Sequence record: MN159079.1
Direction: 5' to 3' (one strand)
DNA length: 64,000 nucleotides
Shown here: positions 25,025 through 34,603 of the stretch, in pieces
Layout: each line of letters starts with the position of its first letter
Numbering within the stretch: the stretch's first letter is position 1
Made by a program: the position numbers and the translations under genes
Notes under the pieces: model-generated
Told to the model about the DNA's origin: nothing
The model's database searches: none
The model's input: the letters and a program-made list of their open reading frames with translations, nothing else

Positions 25025-25465
25025 ATGTTAAAAGACCCGGTAGTCGTTTACACCGATCCAGAGAAAACCATCATCAGTACTCACGGTGAAAATCTAGCCC
25101 AGAAAGACTTTGGCCTTTACAACGAAATAAGTGAATTCAGAAGAGAGGGGTTCAAAACACCCGATCAGATCAGGTCAATTCTGGATAGGGGTGGTTTCTC
25201 GTTACGTCGTCGGGTTGATGGCAAGAAAGGATTCATTCTTGAACGCAAGTTTGGATTCACTCACATCGGGGTCATTGAAGAAATAGTGATGGAAGAAAAC
25301 ACCATGGCTGTTTTAGGTTGGGAAGTTCGCCAAGATAGCCATGATAAGATTTTCATTAAAGAGATCAGACATGAAGTAGGTCGCGGTAGCGAAGACTTCA
25401 ACCCTAGGAAGGGCTGGCTCTGTGATGTAATCTCCTTCAGTGTGTTGCTGGATGAACTTTTGTAA
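25025..25465 (+). CDS. Hypothetical protein
   Basis: AAGGA RBS, 146 aa. Confidence 0.75.
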   Translation: MLKDPVVVYTDPEKTIISTHGENLAQKDFGLYNEISEFRREGFKTPDQIRSILDRGGFSLRRRVDGKKGFILERKFGFTHIGVIEEIVMEENTMAVLGWEVRQDSHDKIFIKEIRHEVGRGSEDFNPRKGWLCDVISFSVLLDELL

Positions 25466-25476
25466 TAACATAATAA

Positions 25477-25514
25477 ACCCCTACCCCATCCTTTCGGTGG
25501 GGTAGGGGGTCTTT
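25477..25514. terminator. Bidirectional terminator at the accessory/core boundary
   Basis: ACCCCTACCCCA...TGGGGTAGGGG between convergent genes. Confidence 0.8.
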
Positions 25515-25515
25515 A

Positions 25516-26166
25516 TTAAGGATTATTTTTGATTACGTCTTCCAACTCTTTGACGTATGTCTGGAGTTCGAGGATTTGCTGACGTTGTTGTTCAATGATG
25601 ATCGTTGCCGACGGCTCATCAGTGATGCGATTTTGGCGAGACTGTTCCCATGCCTCTGCTTCCAATTTGGAAACGTATCCACGGGTAGGTACGGTAGTCA
25701 CAACCACGTTAGGGTTCTGAATCCCGAATGCACCTTTCAGATACTCGTCAATGTACGCAACGGCATTATTGACACGATCTTTCAGGTGTGGTGGGCAGGA
25801 ACCCAGGTCGGCCACAATGCCAACACGCTCATATATCACACCATCCGCCACTGGGAACGATTTGATGTAAGTAGAGAGCACATAGGTGGGACCACGACCA
25901 CGACTCGCCAGAGAGACAACCACAGCGTTTTGCGAGATAGCCGTTTCAATCTGGCTGTTCACTTCACTTACATGGTTCGGGTCATCTTTGCTATACCCGA
26001 GCGGTTCGTAAATGATTTTGAACAGATCCAGTTTGAGCGCCTGCATCTCAGGGATCGTTCGGTTAGCCTCGACAGAATAGAAGACGTCTTCTTTTACCAC
26101 TTTGTCGAACGGAGCTTCTGCTACGAACTTACCAGCCGCTCTGATCGACGGAATGTTATTCGTCAT
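25516..26166 (-). CDS. phiKZ-family conserved protein (possibly virion-associated)
   Basis: 216 aa; C-terminal coiled coil; coupled to the upstream structural gene; family call from recalled synteny. Confidence 0.6.
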   Translation of the reverse strand: MTNNIPSIRAAGKFVAEAPFDKVVKEDVFYSVEANRTIPEMQALKLDLFKIIYEPLGYSKDDPNHVSEVNSQIETAISQNAVVVSLASRGRGPTYVLSTYIKSFPVADGVIYERVGIVADLGSCPPHLKDRVNNAVAYIDEYLKGAFGIQNPNVVVTTVPTRGYVSKLEAEAWEQSRQNRITDEPSATIIIEQQRQQILELQTYVKELEDVIKNNP

Positions 26167-27493
26167 CTACAAGACCGTCCTTAATGAATTGATAGCGGGT
26201 CGCCATGGTGATCTTGGCAACGCTACTACGTTTTGTCAGGTACATCCGACCACCGATAGTCACCCGCTGCATACCTGCCGGAGGGAGGTCTGTCGGACGG
26301 TTGACTTCCGCAGCAGCCAGCATGGATTCCAAGTCGAACACGAACTGGTGAGTCTCTTTACTCATGTAACCAGCCTGGCTGTCGTCGGACGGAATCAGTT
26401 GGTAATCAGGGAATACCTGACGGATGTGGATCCGACCTTGGTTGTTCCGGGGCTTGCCTACAAAGGACACTGCTGCTGATTTATAGAGCGACGGAACGAT
26501 CTGGAGGGATTTTATGATATCATCCTCTGCGTAGAAGTCAGCGTACTTCTTCGCAAGTGCATCTCCACCTTGGAAAGTAAAGATAGGACTCAGAGTAGAA
26601 CCTCTCTGTGTCTCGTTCAACAATGCAAGCTCATTCCAGTGAGGAATGGCGATGAACTCCAGTGGGTTAAACAAGTCTGGTATGACTTCCTCCCACTTGG
26701 TTTCGGGGTGCTTGGAGTTGGAGAGAATACAGTTTCGGATCGCCTCAAATGTTTCTTCTTCGGCGTCGTTCGGGTTCCCGTAATAAATCACCGTCCAAAC
26801 AGCTTTATTGAACTTCGGCTTGTTGATCAAGTCGTAGACATTAAAGGTGTAAGTGGTGCGCAGTGTGTACGGATCGGTTTTACCAACCAGGGCATCAACA
26901 CGATCTTGGACCTTATCGGTGGTTTCTTCGTACAGACGGTTTTGCACTTCTTTATAGTTGTGCTCTGCCAGATAGTCGATGTCACCAGGAGGGATAGGAC
27001 CAACGACGTAGATCTCCCGGTACGGGAACTCCAGAGCAAAGGCGGCATTAGCCATCCAGATTTTGAACTCGTGGACCACCCCACCTGCTTCATAGGTGAA
27101 GTTAATGCTGGAGGGTAACCAGATAGTGCTATTGGTCACCATCTCACCAACACTCTTCCAAACCCATCCTTTCGAGAAATTGGTCTTGAGAGCTTGGAGA
27201 CAGATATTGGAATCATCAGTGATGTTTCCCTTCTTCGCCTCGTTGTACAGCCAGTCCAGCATCGTGAGAACCGGGTCTTGGTGACTCGTCGGAATCTGCT
27301 CATAGCGGTTTTCCGGGGAGTCCAATTTAACACCACGGAATCCAACCAACAGAACGGGACTGTCTTTCTTGAAATAGAAGTCAGGTTCCTTCGCATAGGT
27401 TTTGGTCTTGTTGGTCAACTCGCCAATCGGTGAGTTAGAACCATTCCTTACCAAACCCGCCACTTCCGCGAAGCAACTGTAGAGGTTACTCAT
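26156..27493 (-). CDS. Putative virion structural protein (phiKZ-family)
   Basis: GAGGA RBS; N-terminal SPIGEL..KTKTYAKE resembles phiKZ-like structural proteins located next to the RNase H-like gene. Confidence 0.6.
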   Translation of the reverse strand: MSNLYSCFAEVAGLVRNGSNSPIGELTNKTKTYAKEPDFYFKKDSPVLLVGFRGVKLDSPENRYEQIPTSHQDPVLTMLDWLYNEAKKGNITDDSNICLQALKTNFSKGWVWKSVGEMVTNSTIWLPSSINFTYEAGGVVHEFKIWMANAAFALEFPYREIYVVGPIPPGDIDYLAEHNYKEVQNRLYEETTDKVQDRVDALVGKTDPYTLRTTYTFNVYDLINKPKFNKAVWTVIYYGNPNDAEEETFEAIRNCILSNSKHPETKWEEVIPDLFNPLEFIAIPHWNELALLNETQRGSTLSPIFTFQGGDALAKKYADFYAEDDIIKSLQIVPSLYKSAAVSFVGKPRNNQGRIHIRQVFPDYQLIPSDDSQAGYMSKETHQFVFDLESMLAAAEVNRPTDLPPAGMQRVTIGGRMYLTKRSSVAKITMATRYQFIKDGLVDDE

Positions 27494-27536
27494 ACTTTTT
27501 GATCCTCAGGTTATTGTACAATGAATAGGGTGTGAA

Positions 27537-27971
27537 TTGATAAAATGGTGGAACATAAAAATGTGGTTCGTGATAAGGGAGGTAACAGACCGGTTCGTTT
27601 TGAACCGGGTGGTAAACTGGGCGTCTGATAAGACCCAGAAACACCTTGTCGGTAGCCTTTCCGGTGCCGTTGTGTTCTGTGTGTTCTTACTCATGATTCT
27701 GGCTAACGTTTCCGTTAAAGCCATGACTCTGTGGTATGAACGCCGAGCTCTTCTCGACAACTTGACTCATGTAGAGGCAAGAATGTTAGACGTGCAAGAG
27801 AACACGAATCTCTTTATCGGTGTACTCCATGAGACGAATGAATCTAAACAGGCTTTGATCGCTGACAACATCAAGTTGAAAAATGACCTTAGCTTGTTGA
27901 TGCTTCGTAACAAGGAGTTGGTAAAGAGAAATCGGCTGCTTGAAAAGGAGTTAGATCTCTCCCAGAAATAA
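27537..27971 (+). CDS. Membrane-anchored coiled-coil protein
   Basis: One TM (GAVVFCVFLLMILANV) followed by a heptad-rich C-terminus; start uncertain. Confidence 0.6.
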   Translation: MIKWWNIKMWFVIREVTDRFVLNRVVNWASDKTQKHLVGSLSGAVVFCVFLLMILANVSVKAMTLWYERRALLDNLTHVEARMLDVQENTNLFIGVLHETNESKQALIADNIKLKNDLSLLMLRNKELVKRNRLLEKELDLSQK

Positions 27972-28045
27972 AGTGATCTAAATAAAATTTCACTCAAAGA
28001 AGAATCGGTTGTCCCATAGTTAAACCCAACGTGCAGGTATAAACA

Positions 28046-29470
28046 ATGAATGTCGTCTATTATCTTGTCAGCACAGCTATTAAAGACAAGACGGTTGGTG
28101 TTTCGGGCGGTCATGGGTATTCCTACTCATCTCAACCCAACGGAAACACCAGAAAGTTGACCAAGGACACTCCATCCTCCTACGGATATTTCGTTAATGG
28201 AAGTCTGCAAAGCATTGCCGTCACTCAGGAAGGGATCTTCAATGGTCGTGGTCTTGGAGCACCAACACCACACGAAGCGTTCCTTTCTCACTTTGTAGCG
28301 CTGGTAGAACATCTGAAAGATAAAGAAGTCGAGAAGCTCCTGATCATACACAACTGTCCTAATGGACAGAAACTGTTGAAAGCAGCAACCCTGACCGAAA
28401 AGTTTCGTAACAACGAACTGGTTCTGAGAGCACGGGAAAAGTTCAAAGAGCTGGGTGATCGTGTCATCCTTGATGACGAGTATTACGTTAAAGGTGGCGA
28501 AGGCGCCAAGCAAGCCCATAAACAATTGGACTTCGCAAAGGCCCTGGTAGAAGTCGGGCAACTCCAGATGGATGTCATTGATGAAATGACACCTAAAGAG
28601 TTTAAGAATCCCGAGAATGACTTCAACAAGATAGTGACCGCATCCCGCTGGTATTTCAATACCGGTGATCGTTCGACGCATTACAACGTTGATGATAAAG
28701 GTTACTTGGAGTATAACTTTGGTCGTCCCGAGCCAGCCAAGCATTATTACGGCAAGGCCACCCCGGACACCATGTACTCCAGCTTGTTCACCAAGAAACC
28801 AATTACGGTTCTGGATAAACTGTACGACTTCTGTAAGGAACGTAAACCGAATCCATATAACCTGCTTGCAGCAGCGAATGTGGACATGGTCAAGTCCAAG
28901 GAGATTAGTCGGATTATCGACATCCTCCCTGGTACCGTGCAACGTAACAGTTTGGTAGCTCCAATGGAGATAGGTGGGAAGGAAGATCCCATCTTGGTCG
29001 ATTTTATCGATCCCCCTGGTCTGTCCTACCGTATCGTTGATTTCCATGAAAAGCTTCGGTACTACCACACCTTCTTCCAGATGCGAGATGAAAATAATGT
29101 TCATGGCAAATCAGCCTTTGTGGACATTACCAATCTTTTCTATCTTACTGACGAAAAGGGTAAAGTAAAAATCCATCCTGGGTTCACCAACAACACAATC
29201 ACCATTCCCATTCCTGTGGAATGTCCTGGTTGTGTTAAACCGGTGACTATTAACTTGGCGATCAAGTATGATTGTCCTGAGCGTAATGCTTTCAACAGCC
29301 TGATCAATAACAAGGTTGTTGATTTCAAGGTATGGCTTGGTTTGGACTTCTCCAATGAGTCGGGTGTTCGGTATTACACCATCATCGAGACTCCGGAGTT
29401 CAACTATATTCATTCCAACGCTTCAGCCAATCTGCGTGTGTACAACCTGAAAGAACTCGGTCGTAGTTAA
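28046..29470 (+). CDS. RNase H-like protein (phiKZ gp155-like), catalytic residues apparently substituted
   Basis: GGHGYSY, YVKG (RNase H WVKGH equivalent), RWYFN; synteny with UvsX and the gp149-like RNAP gene. Confidence 0.6.
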   Translation: MNVVYYLVSTAIKDKTVGVSGGHGYSYSSQPNGNTRKLTKDTPSSYGYFVNGSLQSIAVTQEGIFNGRGLGAPTPHEAFLSHFVALVEHLKDKEVEKLLIIHNCPNGQKLLKAATLTEKFRNNELVLRAREKFKELGDRVILDDEYYVKGGEGAKQAHKQLDFAKALVEVGQLQMDVIDEMTPKEFKNPENDFNKIVTASRWYFNTGDRSTHYNVDDKGYLEYNFGRPEPAKHYYGKATPDTMYSSLFTKKPITVLDKLYDFCKERKPNPYNLLAAANVDMVKSKEISRIIDILPGTVQRNSLVAPMEIGGKEDPILVDFIDPPGLSYRIVDFHEKLRYYHTFFQMRDENNVHGKSAFVDITNLFYLTDEKGKVKIHPGFTNNTITIPIPVECPGCVKPVTINLAIKYDCPERNAFNSLINNKVVDFKVWLGLDFSNESGVRYYTIIETPEFNYIHSNASANLRVYNLKELGRS

Positions 29471-29486
29471 GAACGTAATTAAAGTA

Positions 29487-29518
29487 ACCCTCACCTCCCT
29501 TGACGGGGAGGTGAGGGT
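29487..29518. terminator. Bidirectional terminator
   Basis: ACCCTCACCTCCCT-TGAC-GGGGAGGTGAGGGT between convergent genes. Confidence 0.8.
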
Positions 29519-29532
29519 CTTTATCTTATTTG

Positions 29533-30480
29533 TTATTTTTCAGAGGGGTCAAAACCCATGAACGCCTCGAGGTCGGCGGGTTCGATCATATCGATCGGCC
29601 TGAAAGCTTTTGCCACATCACCACCGGCTTCACAGAGACGGAAGATGAGTTTGTTACAGCTATCGATTGCCCGACCCAGTTCGTTGTTCATCTTGGTCAG
29701 GAAGTTGGTCACCTTGTTGGCGTGACGTTGTTCCATTTCCGTACCAGTTGCCAGCATCTTGTTATAGATCTCAGCGAACTTGGTGTTCTCTGCAACAGAT
29801 TTGGATTGGAGGTTACGATAGGCACCGCGCAGCCCTTGAACCAACGATGCCAGGTTGTAAGCTTCTGCTGTGGTTTTTACGACACCGCTGAAGTTACCAT
29901 CTTTACGACGCTCGATCATGGAATCGACTTTGTCGTAAGCCGCCTGGATTGCTTTGAACTCCGCTTCGAAGGTGGGGCACTTCTCACCGATGGTTTCGGC
30001 TGACTTGCAAACGTCATTGATCATGCCGTTCTTGTTAGTGACGTACTTGTCACTCAAACCCTTCAAGGTTGCAGGGAGAGGTTTGGCCAGCAGGACGTTG
30101 AGTTCTTTGGCTTTAGTCTCTGCCTTAGCTTTGACTTCCTCGGACGCTGTCTTGATTTCAGCTTCCACTGTTTTAGAGACCTTATTGGTATCAGCCACAG
30201 CTTTGGTAACAGCTTGATCTTGACCACGACCTTTAGAGCCAAAGAAGAAGTCCTTGACCATCTTCAGAAAGTTCATTACCATTTCGTAGAACTTCTTACC
30301 AGCACCAACGATCGCAGTACCGAGACCTTCATTCCCTGCAATGTCTTCGAGTCCATTGAGACGGAGACAGGTATGAAGGTATTCACCATCAGGACCTTCC
30401 AGTTTGCCGGTTGTGTTCAGTTCTTCAAACCCCGCCAACAGGGCGTCGGTATGGTCCGGCATACCAAAAGCAATATTCAT
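29533..30480 (-). CDS. Putative internal head/ejection protein (processed-propeptide paralog family of phiKZ-like phages)
   Basis: AAGGAG RBS before ATG 30480; LLAGFE and IAGNEG sites followed by the amphipathic EMVMNFLKMVKDFFFG helix. Confidence 0.7.
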   Translation of the reverse strand: MNIAFGMPDHTDALLAGFEELNTTGKLEGPDGEYLHTCLRLNGLEDIAGNEGLGTAIVGAGKKFYEMVMNFLKMVKDFFFGSKGRGQDQAVTKAVADTNKVSKTVEAEIKTASEEVKAKAETKAKELNVLLAKPLPATLKGLSDKYVTNKNGMINDVCKSAETIGEKCPTFEAEFKAIQAAYDKVDSMIERRKDGNFSGVVKTTAEAYNLASLVQGLRGAYRNLQSKSVAENTKFAEIYNKMLATGTEMEQRHANKVTNFLTKMNNELGRAIDSCNKLIFRLCEAGGDVAKAFRPIDMIEPADLEAFMGFDPSEK

Positions 30481-30490
30481 GTAAAGCTCC

Positions 30491-32617
30491 TTAGAAAATA
30501 TCGAGAATGTTAGCCCGCTTGAAAATAGGCATTGCACGTTTGACAGTAAGTTCCAGATCTACTTCGAGATCTTTGTCCAGTGTAGGAACATCCCAAACCA
30601 TCCCAGATTCAAAACCACCGAATGCAATCGGATTCTGGTTGAGTTGTTTCAGACCAGGGATCTTACCACCACCCATTAGTTGGTTCACCAGCTCTTCGGA
30701 CCACTGCATGATATCGATGGAACGAGAGGTGATGTTTTCTTCTTTACCAGTGTCCAAGTCGAAGAGATAGACAAAGCATTCTTCATCTTGCCCACGACGA
30801 TAAATCCGAGCGATGGTCTGTACCAGTTCGTAAGAACGGAACGGGGAGTTCATCAAAAGGATTTGGTTTGCCATGGTCATTTGTCTACCTTCACGCAGAG
30901 TGTTGAAGGTGGTGACGAGCGGGTTGATTTCAGGTCTGTTGGTGAACTCATTAATGATGGTGTTGATCTCATTGGTGTTCTCACCGTACAGAGGACTCGC
31001 AATCATCCCTTGTGTTTCCAGATAACTTACTACCTCGTGCACAACGTCAACGTAAGAGGTGTAGACGAGCGTCTTCTTCTTAACAGCGTTGATGTACTTG
31101 GGAAGGTCTGCGTGAGCAATGGTAAGCCTTACAGCTTCCATACGGGCTTTACCGAGGACATTACCCAGGGCTTCACCACGGATCTTCAAATTCACATACT
31201 TGACGGCGGATTTGATGTGACGCCAGTATTTGCGTTGTTCACCGGTCATCCCCACAGTCTGTTCCATCTCTCGCTCAAACTCGTTAGCGAACTTGGAAAG
31301 CGGACCATCGGTGGAGTTGTCGAAACCCTTGGTTCTGAACTTGTTAACGATCTCCAGATACTTGCGGAGTTTCTCGATATTGACTTTATCGTGAACCACT
31401 GCTTGTCTGTAGGCGTTAACAATGGATGTCCAGTCTTCCAGGTATTCGTCGGCCATGGATGCGTAGAAACGAACCCGATCGGTGATGAACATCGCCATTT
31501 CAGCGCGAATAGCGTCCAGAGTGAAGTTCTCTGCACCAGGGAACTTAACCTTCACGATGATAGGTTCCGGAGGACTATCCATATTCGTAATTGCAGAAAT
31601 GGTGTACTTGATCCGACCCAGTCGATGTGCAAGCATCTCGTTAAGGTAGGTGTTGTCGCGACCATAGAGCTTGAGGAACTGACTGTGTACAGCTTCATCG
31701 AACATCGGGTCGATGATGTTGAAGAGCGTAAAGGTTTCTTTACCCTGTGCCTTAATCGGCGTTCCGGACATCATCAAGACATCGGAAATAAATGGGTTCT
31801 TGCAAAACGAAGCCAAACCTTTGGACTGAGAAGAAGTGTGTACGTTGTAGTTATGGGATTCATCAACAATAACTTTGGCGGGATTCCTTCCTGACTTAGT
31901 GATTGTTTTGATGGCCAGATCCCATTCACCGGTTCGGATTTGTTCTTTGTGGATAATGAATATCTTGGCATCCAGGTGATCCATGATATCAGTACCGTCC
32001 AAAGTGGACCAAACCTTTGGTGGATTTTTGTAGAGTTTGTTGATCTCTTCTTTCCAAGGGTTATCGACCAACCCCTTAGGAACGATAACGAAGATGGCTC
32101 CGTCACTGATCATCTCCGCCCAAATCAGAGACGTTGGGGTCTTACCACTCCCTACTGCCGCATCCAGAAGACAACCACGTAGTTTGAACCCCTCTCTGAT
32201 CCCATTGTAATTATCTAAGAAATCACGCTGGTCAGGATATGGTGTGATGGTAAATTTCTTCAGTGCTTTATTGACGTCATGGGACGGGAAAGTACGGAAA
32301 GTGCTTTCAACCCAAGTCTGAGTTTTGATCTCATCGTAGAGTTGTTTGTACTTGTGCATACCAACGTAGTAGCGGTCAACAACACGCTTGTTACTTTGGT
32401 TTGTAAGATGATGAATCAACCAGGTGAATTCGATCATAAAGAACTGGTGAATCTTAAACGACCTTGAGGAGGTCCGAGTAATCAGACGGCTGAATATTAC
32501 GCTCGTTCCGAAGTTACTCGATAAATCGTGTTCGAATGCTTTTACATTTATACCACTTACGGTATAGTAGGAACCCACCTTTTCTATTTTAGGTGAGAAG
32601 TTAAAGAAACCCTGCAT
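30491..32617 (-). CDS. Superfamily 2 (SNF2/DExH-like) helicase
   Basis: Motif I AAVGSGKT, II DESH, III SGTP, V NTLREG, VI QTIARIYRRGQ. Confidence 0.9.
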   Translation of the reverse strand: MQGFFNFSPKIEKVGSYYTVSGINVKAFEHDLSSNFGTSVIFSRLITRTSSRSFKIHQFFMIEFTWLIHHLTNQSNKRVVDRYYVGMHKYKQLYDEIKTQTWVESTFRTFPSHDVNKALKKFTITPYPDQRDFLDNYNGIREGFKLRGCLLDAAVGSGKTPTSLIWAEMISDGAIFVIVPKGLVDNPWKEEINKLYKNPPKVWSTLDGTDIMDHLDAKIFIIHKEQIRTGEWDLAIKTITKSGRNPAKVIVDESHNYNVHTSSQSKGLASFCKNPFISDVLMMSGTPIKAQGKETFTLFNIIDPMFDEAVHSQFLKLYGRDNTYLNEMLAHRLGRIKYTISAITNMDSPPEPIIVKVKFPGAENFTLDAIRAEMAMFITDRVRFYASMADEYLEDWTSIVNAYRQAVVHDKVNIEKLRKYLEIVNKFRTKGFDNSTDGPLSKFANEFEREMEQTVGMTGEQRKYWRHIKSAVKYVNLKIRGEALGNVLGKARMEAVRLTIAHADLPKYINAVKKKTLVYTSYVDVVHEVVSYLETQGMIASPLYGENTNEINTIINEFTNRPEINPLVTTFNTLREGRQMTMANQILLMNSPFRSYELVQTIARIYRRGQDEECFVYLFDLDTGKEENITSRSIDIMQWSEELVNQLMGGGKIPGLKQLNQNPIAFGGFESGMVWDVPTLDKDLEVDLELTVKRAMPIFKRANILDIF

Positions 32618-32632
32618 AACGGAACCTTAGTC

Positions 32633-33730
32633 ATGAAGAAATTGGAAAGTTTGAATTTTGAGAACCTGATCAACCATGTTTACGCCATGGGTTTACAGCT
32701 CGGTGAGAACATCGATTGCGCCGCTGATGATAAAGTGGTTGATGGTCATGTCATAGCATCGGTTGGTGTCCACCGCTTCGTGGTTCGTAACGACACCTGG
32801 GACACTTTCGTCAACGTGGTAAACAACGGTACAACCGACGAGTTTTACGGAATGGTCAACTCCGTTCAAGTGGCTATTCGTTACGAGGTGATCATGGAAT
32901 CACCCAACGATTACAAAGTCATTCCTGTCGTTGGCACCGAAGTGAAAGAAATTCCGAAGGCGTTGGAGCAGCTCTTGCTGGAACGCACAACAGGTCTGAT
33001 GAGCATCTGTGCCGGGGCAATGGGTCGGATCGCCAAACTCGTGAATATCGCTCAAGATCGAAACCAGCGTAATGGCGAACTGGTCAAAGACTTTGATGCG
33101 ATGCTCACTTTCAACACTGAGCTCGGTCATGGGTTCAAGCCAGAACTCTGCTTCGACAAGATTCCGGCTATTCTTCGTGAATACGAAGGTTTCCATATCG
33201 ACCGCACTCCGTTCACTCAGGAGCTCAAGGAGCAATTCCTGACCCACGAGTACAAACTGATCGACCGTGAGCTGGAAATCCTCCACGACGTCGTACAGGC
33301 GTTCCTGAACTCCAAAGCAGTCAAGTCTATGGTCTTGGCCGAGGAGCTCGCGATCAACGTAGTAAACAGTGCACTGGTCGCACCACTGCTGGATCAGCAA
33401 ATCACCTTTATCAGTTTCGGCGGAGTTGACAACTGGCGGTTGACCGGGGATCTCACTCCTAACAGTCAGAAGTGTCACGACATCATGGATGTTGAAATCG
33501 AAAGTATCATGGACATGCTTCGGACACTCCCGCTGGAAGAAGGTGTCGACTATTGGGCGATCGATACCAAGACTCTCAACGTTTACGGCCGGACCGAACT
33601 GAATGCAACCAGTGAGAAACCTCACGACATCTCGGAAGCTATTTCCCTGAGCTATTGTGATGGTCTCCTTGAACTGTTGAAAGTTCGTCTGAGCATGCAC
33701 GATAACAAACACGTTATCACTATCAACTAA
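32633..33730 (+). CDS. Hypothetical protein
   Basis: 365 aa, strong phage-like codon bias, ends at a hairpin. Confidence 0.8.
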   Translation: MKKLESLNFENLINHVYAMGLQLGENIDCAADDKVVDGHVIASVGVHRFVVRNDTWDTFVNVVNNGTTDEFYGMVNSVQVAIRYEVIMESPNDYKVIPVVGTEVKEIPKALEQLLLERTTGLMSICAGAMGRIAKLVNIAQDRNQRNGELVKDFDAMLTFNTELGHGFKPELCFDKIPAILREYEGFHIDRTPFTQELKEQFLTHEYKLIDRELEILHDVVQAFLNSKAVKSMVLAEELAINVVNSALVAPLLDQQITFISFGGVDNWRLTGDLTPNSQKCHDIMDVEIESIMDMLRTLPLEEGVDYWAIDTKTLNVYGRTELNATSEKPHDISEAISLSYCDGLLELLKVRLSMHDNKHVITIN

Positions 33731-33737
33731 CAAACAA

Positions 33738-33772
33738 AAGACCCTAGGGCCGGTTTCCCAGCCCTAGGTCTT
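33738..33772. terminator. Bidirectional terminator (imperfect)
   Basis: AAGACCCTAGGGC...GCCCTAGGTCTT between convergent genes. Confidence 0.7.
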
Positions 33773-33779
33773 TATGGTA

Positions 33780-34547
33780 TTAGTTCAACTTCGGAAGTTG
33801 GATCACGTGGTTGGTCATGATAGCAGTGAGGTTGCTCAGCTGTTCGGTAATGAAACCAACATACTGCACTGCTTGAGCCAACGTGTTCAGTGACTCATTC
33901 AGAATTTCCTGTTGTGGTTCACTGAGACTGATTTCCTGCTCCAGGATTTTCCGCTTGAGCAGATCAGCCATCCTGATTACTTCGTCTGCGCTCTTCGCCA
34001 GCATTTCGGCATCACGAGCGTTCAACTTACCGGCAACGCGGTTGAAGTTATCGAAGATATCTTTACCAATGGTCCAGTTGGGATAGAGTTCACTAACCGG
34101 ACGAGTGGACGGATTCCCAACGGTGAATACCAGGTCGGTTTTGGCTTTCAGATCAAAGATCAGAGTCATTGTGTCATGATTGAACATAGCCACAGGGACT
34201 TGACCTTTAGCTGCTGCCAGCTTCAGACCACGGTAAACCGATTCACAACCAGTGGTAGCAATTTGCATTGCACCGATAGCTTGCAGACACAATTCCACGT
34301 ATTCCTGGAAGGAACATTTCGCCGGGTTAAAAAGAACTGGCGATTGGATATGTTTGTAAGCAATATCGAAATAGTTATTTTTGTGACGGAGGGTGTTGAA
34401 CAAACCACCATCTTTAATAACGTGAACCGACTTGTTGAAATTGCGAGCATTGAACTTGTCGATGCCGAGGCTCAGCTCAGAAAAGAAGGACGAAACCTTC
34501 TCGGACAGAGTCAGGGCTTCCTGACCCGCGATATTCGCGATTGACAT
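33780..34547 (-). CDS. Putative virion head protein
   Basis: N-terminal IAGQE processing-type motif; divergent from UvsX as in phiKZ-like genomes. Confidence 0.6.
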   Translation of the reverse strand: MSIANIAGQEALTLSEKVSSFFSELSLGIDKFNARNFNKSVHVIKDGGLFNTLRHKNNYFDIAYKHIQSPVLFNPAKCSFQEYVELCLQAIGAMQIATTGCESVYRGLKLAAAKGQVPVAMFNHDTMTLIFDLKAKTDLVFTVGNPSTRPVSELYPNWTIGKDIFDNFNRVAGKLNARDAEMLAKSADEVIRMADLLKRKILEQEISLSEPQQEILNESLNTLAQAVQYVGFITEQLSNLTAIMTNHVIQLPKLN

Positions 34548-34603
34548 ACTTTGGTTATCTCCAAACCGTAACGAGTTTCATAAGATAAATTAAGAGGGCA
34601 TAT

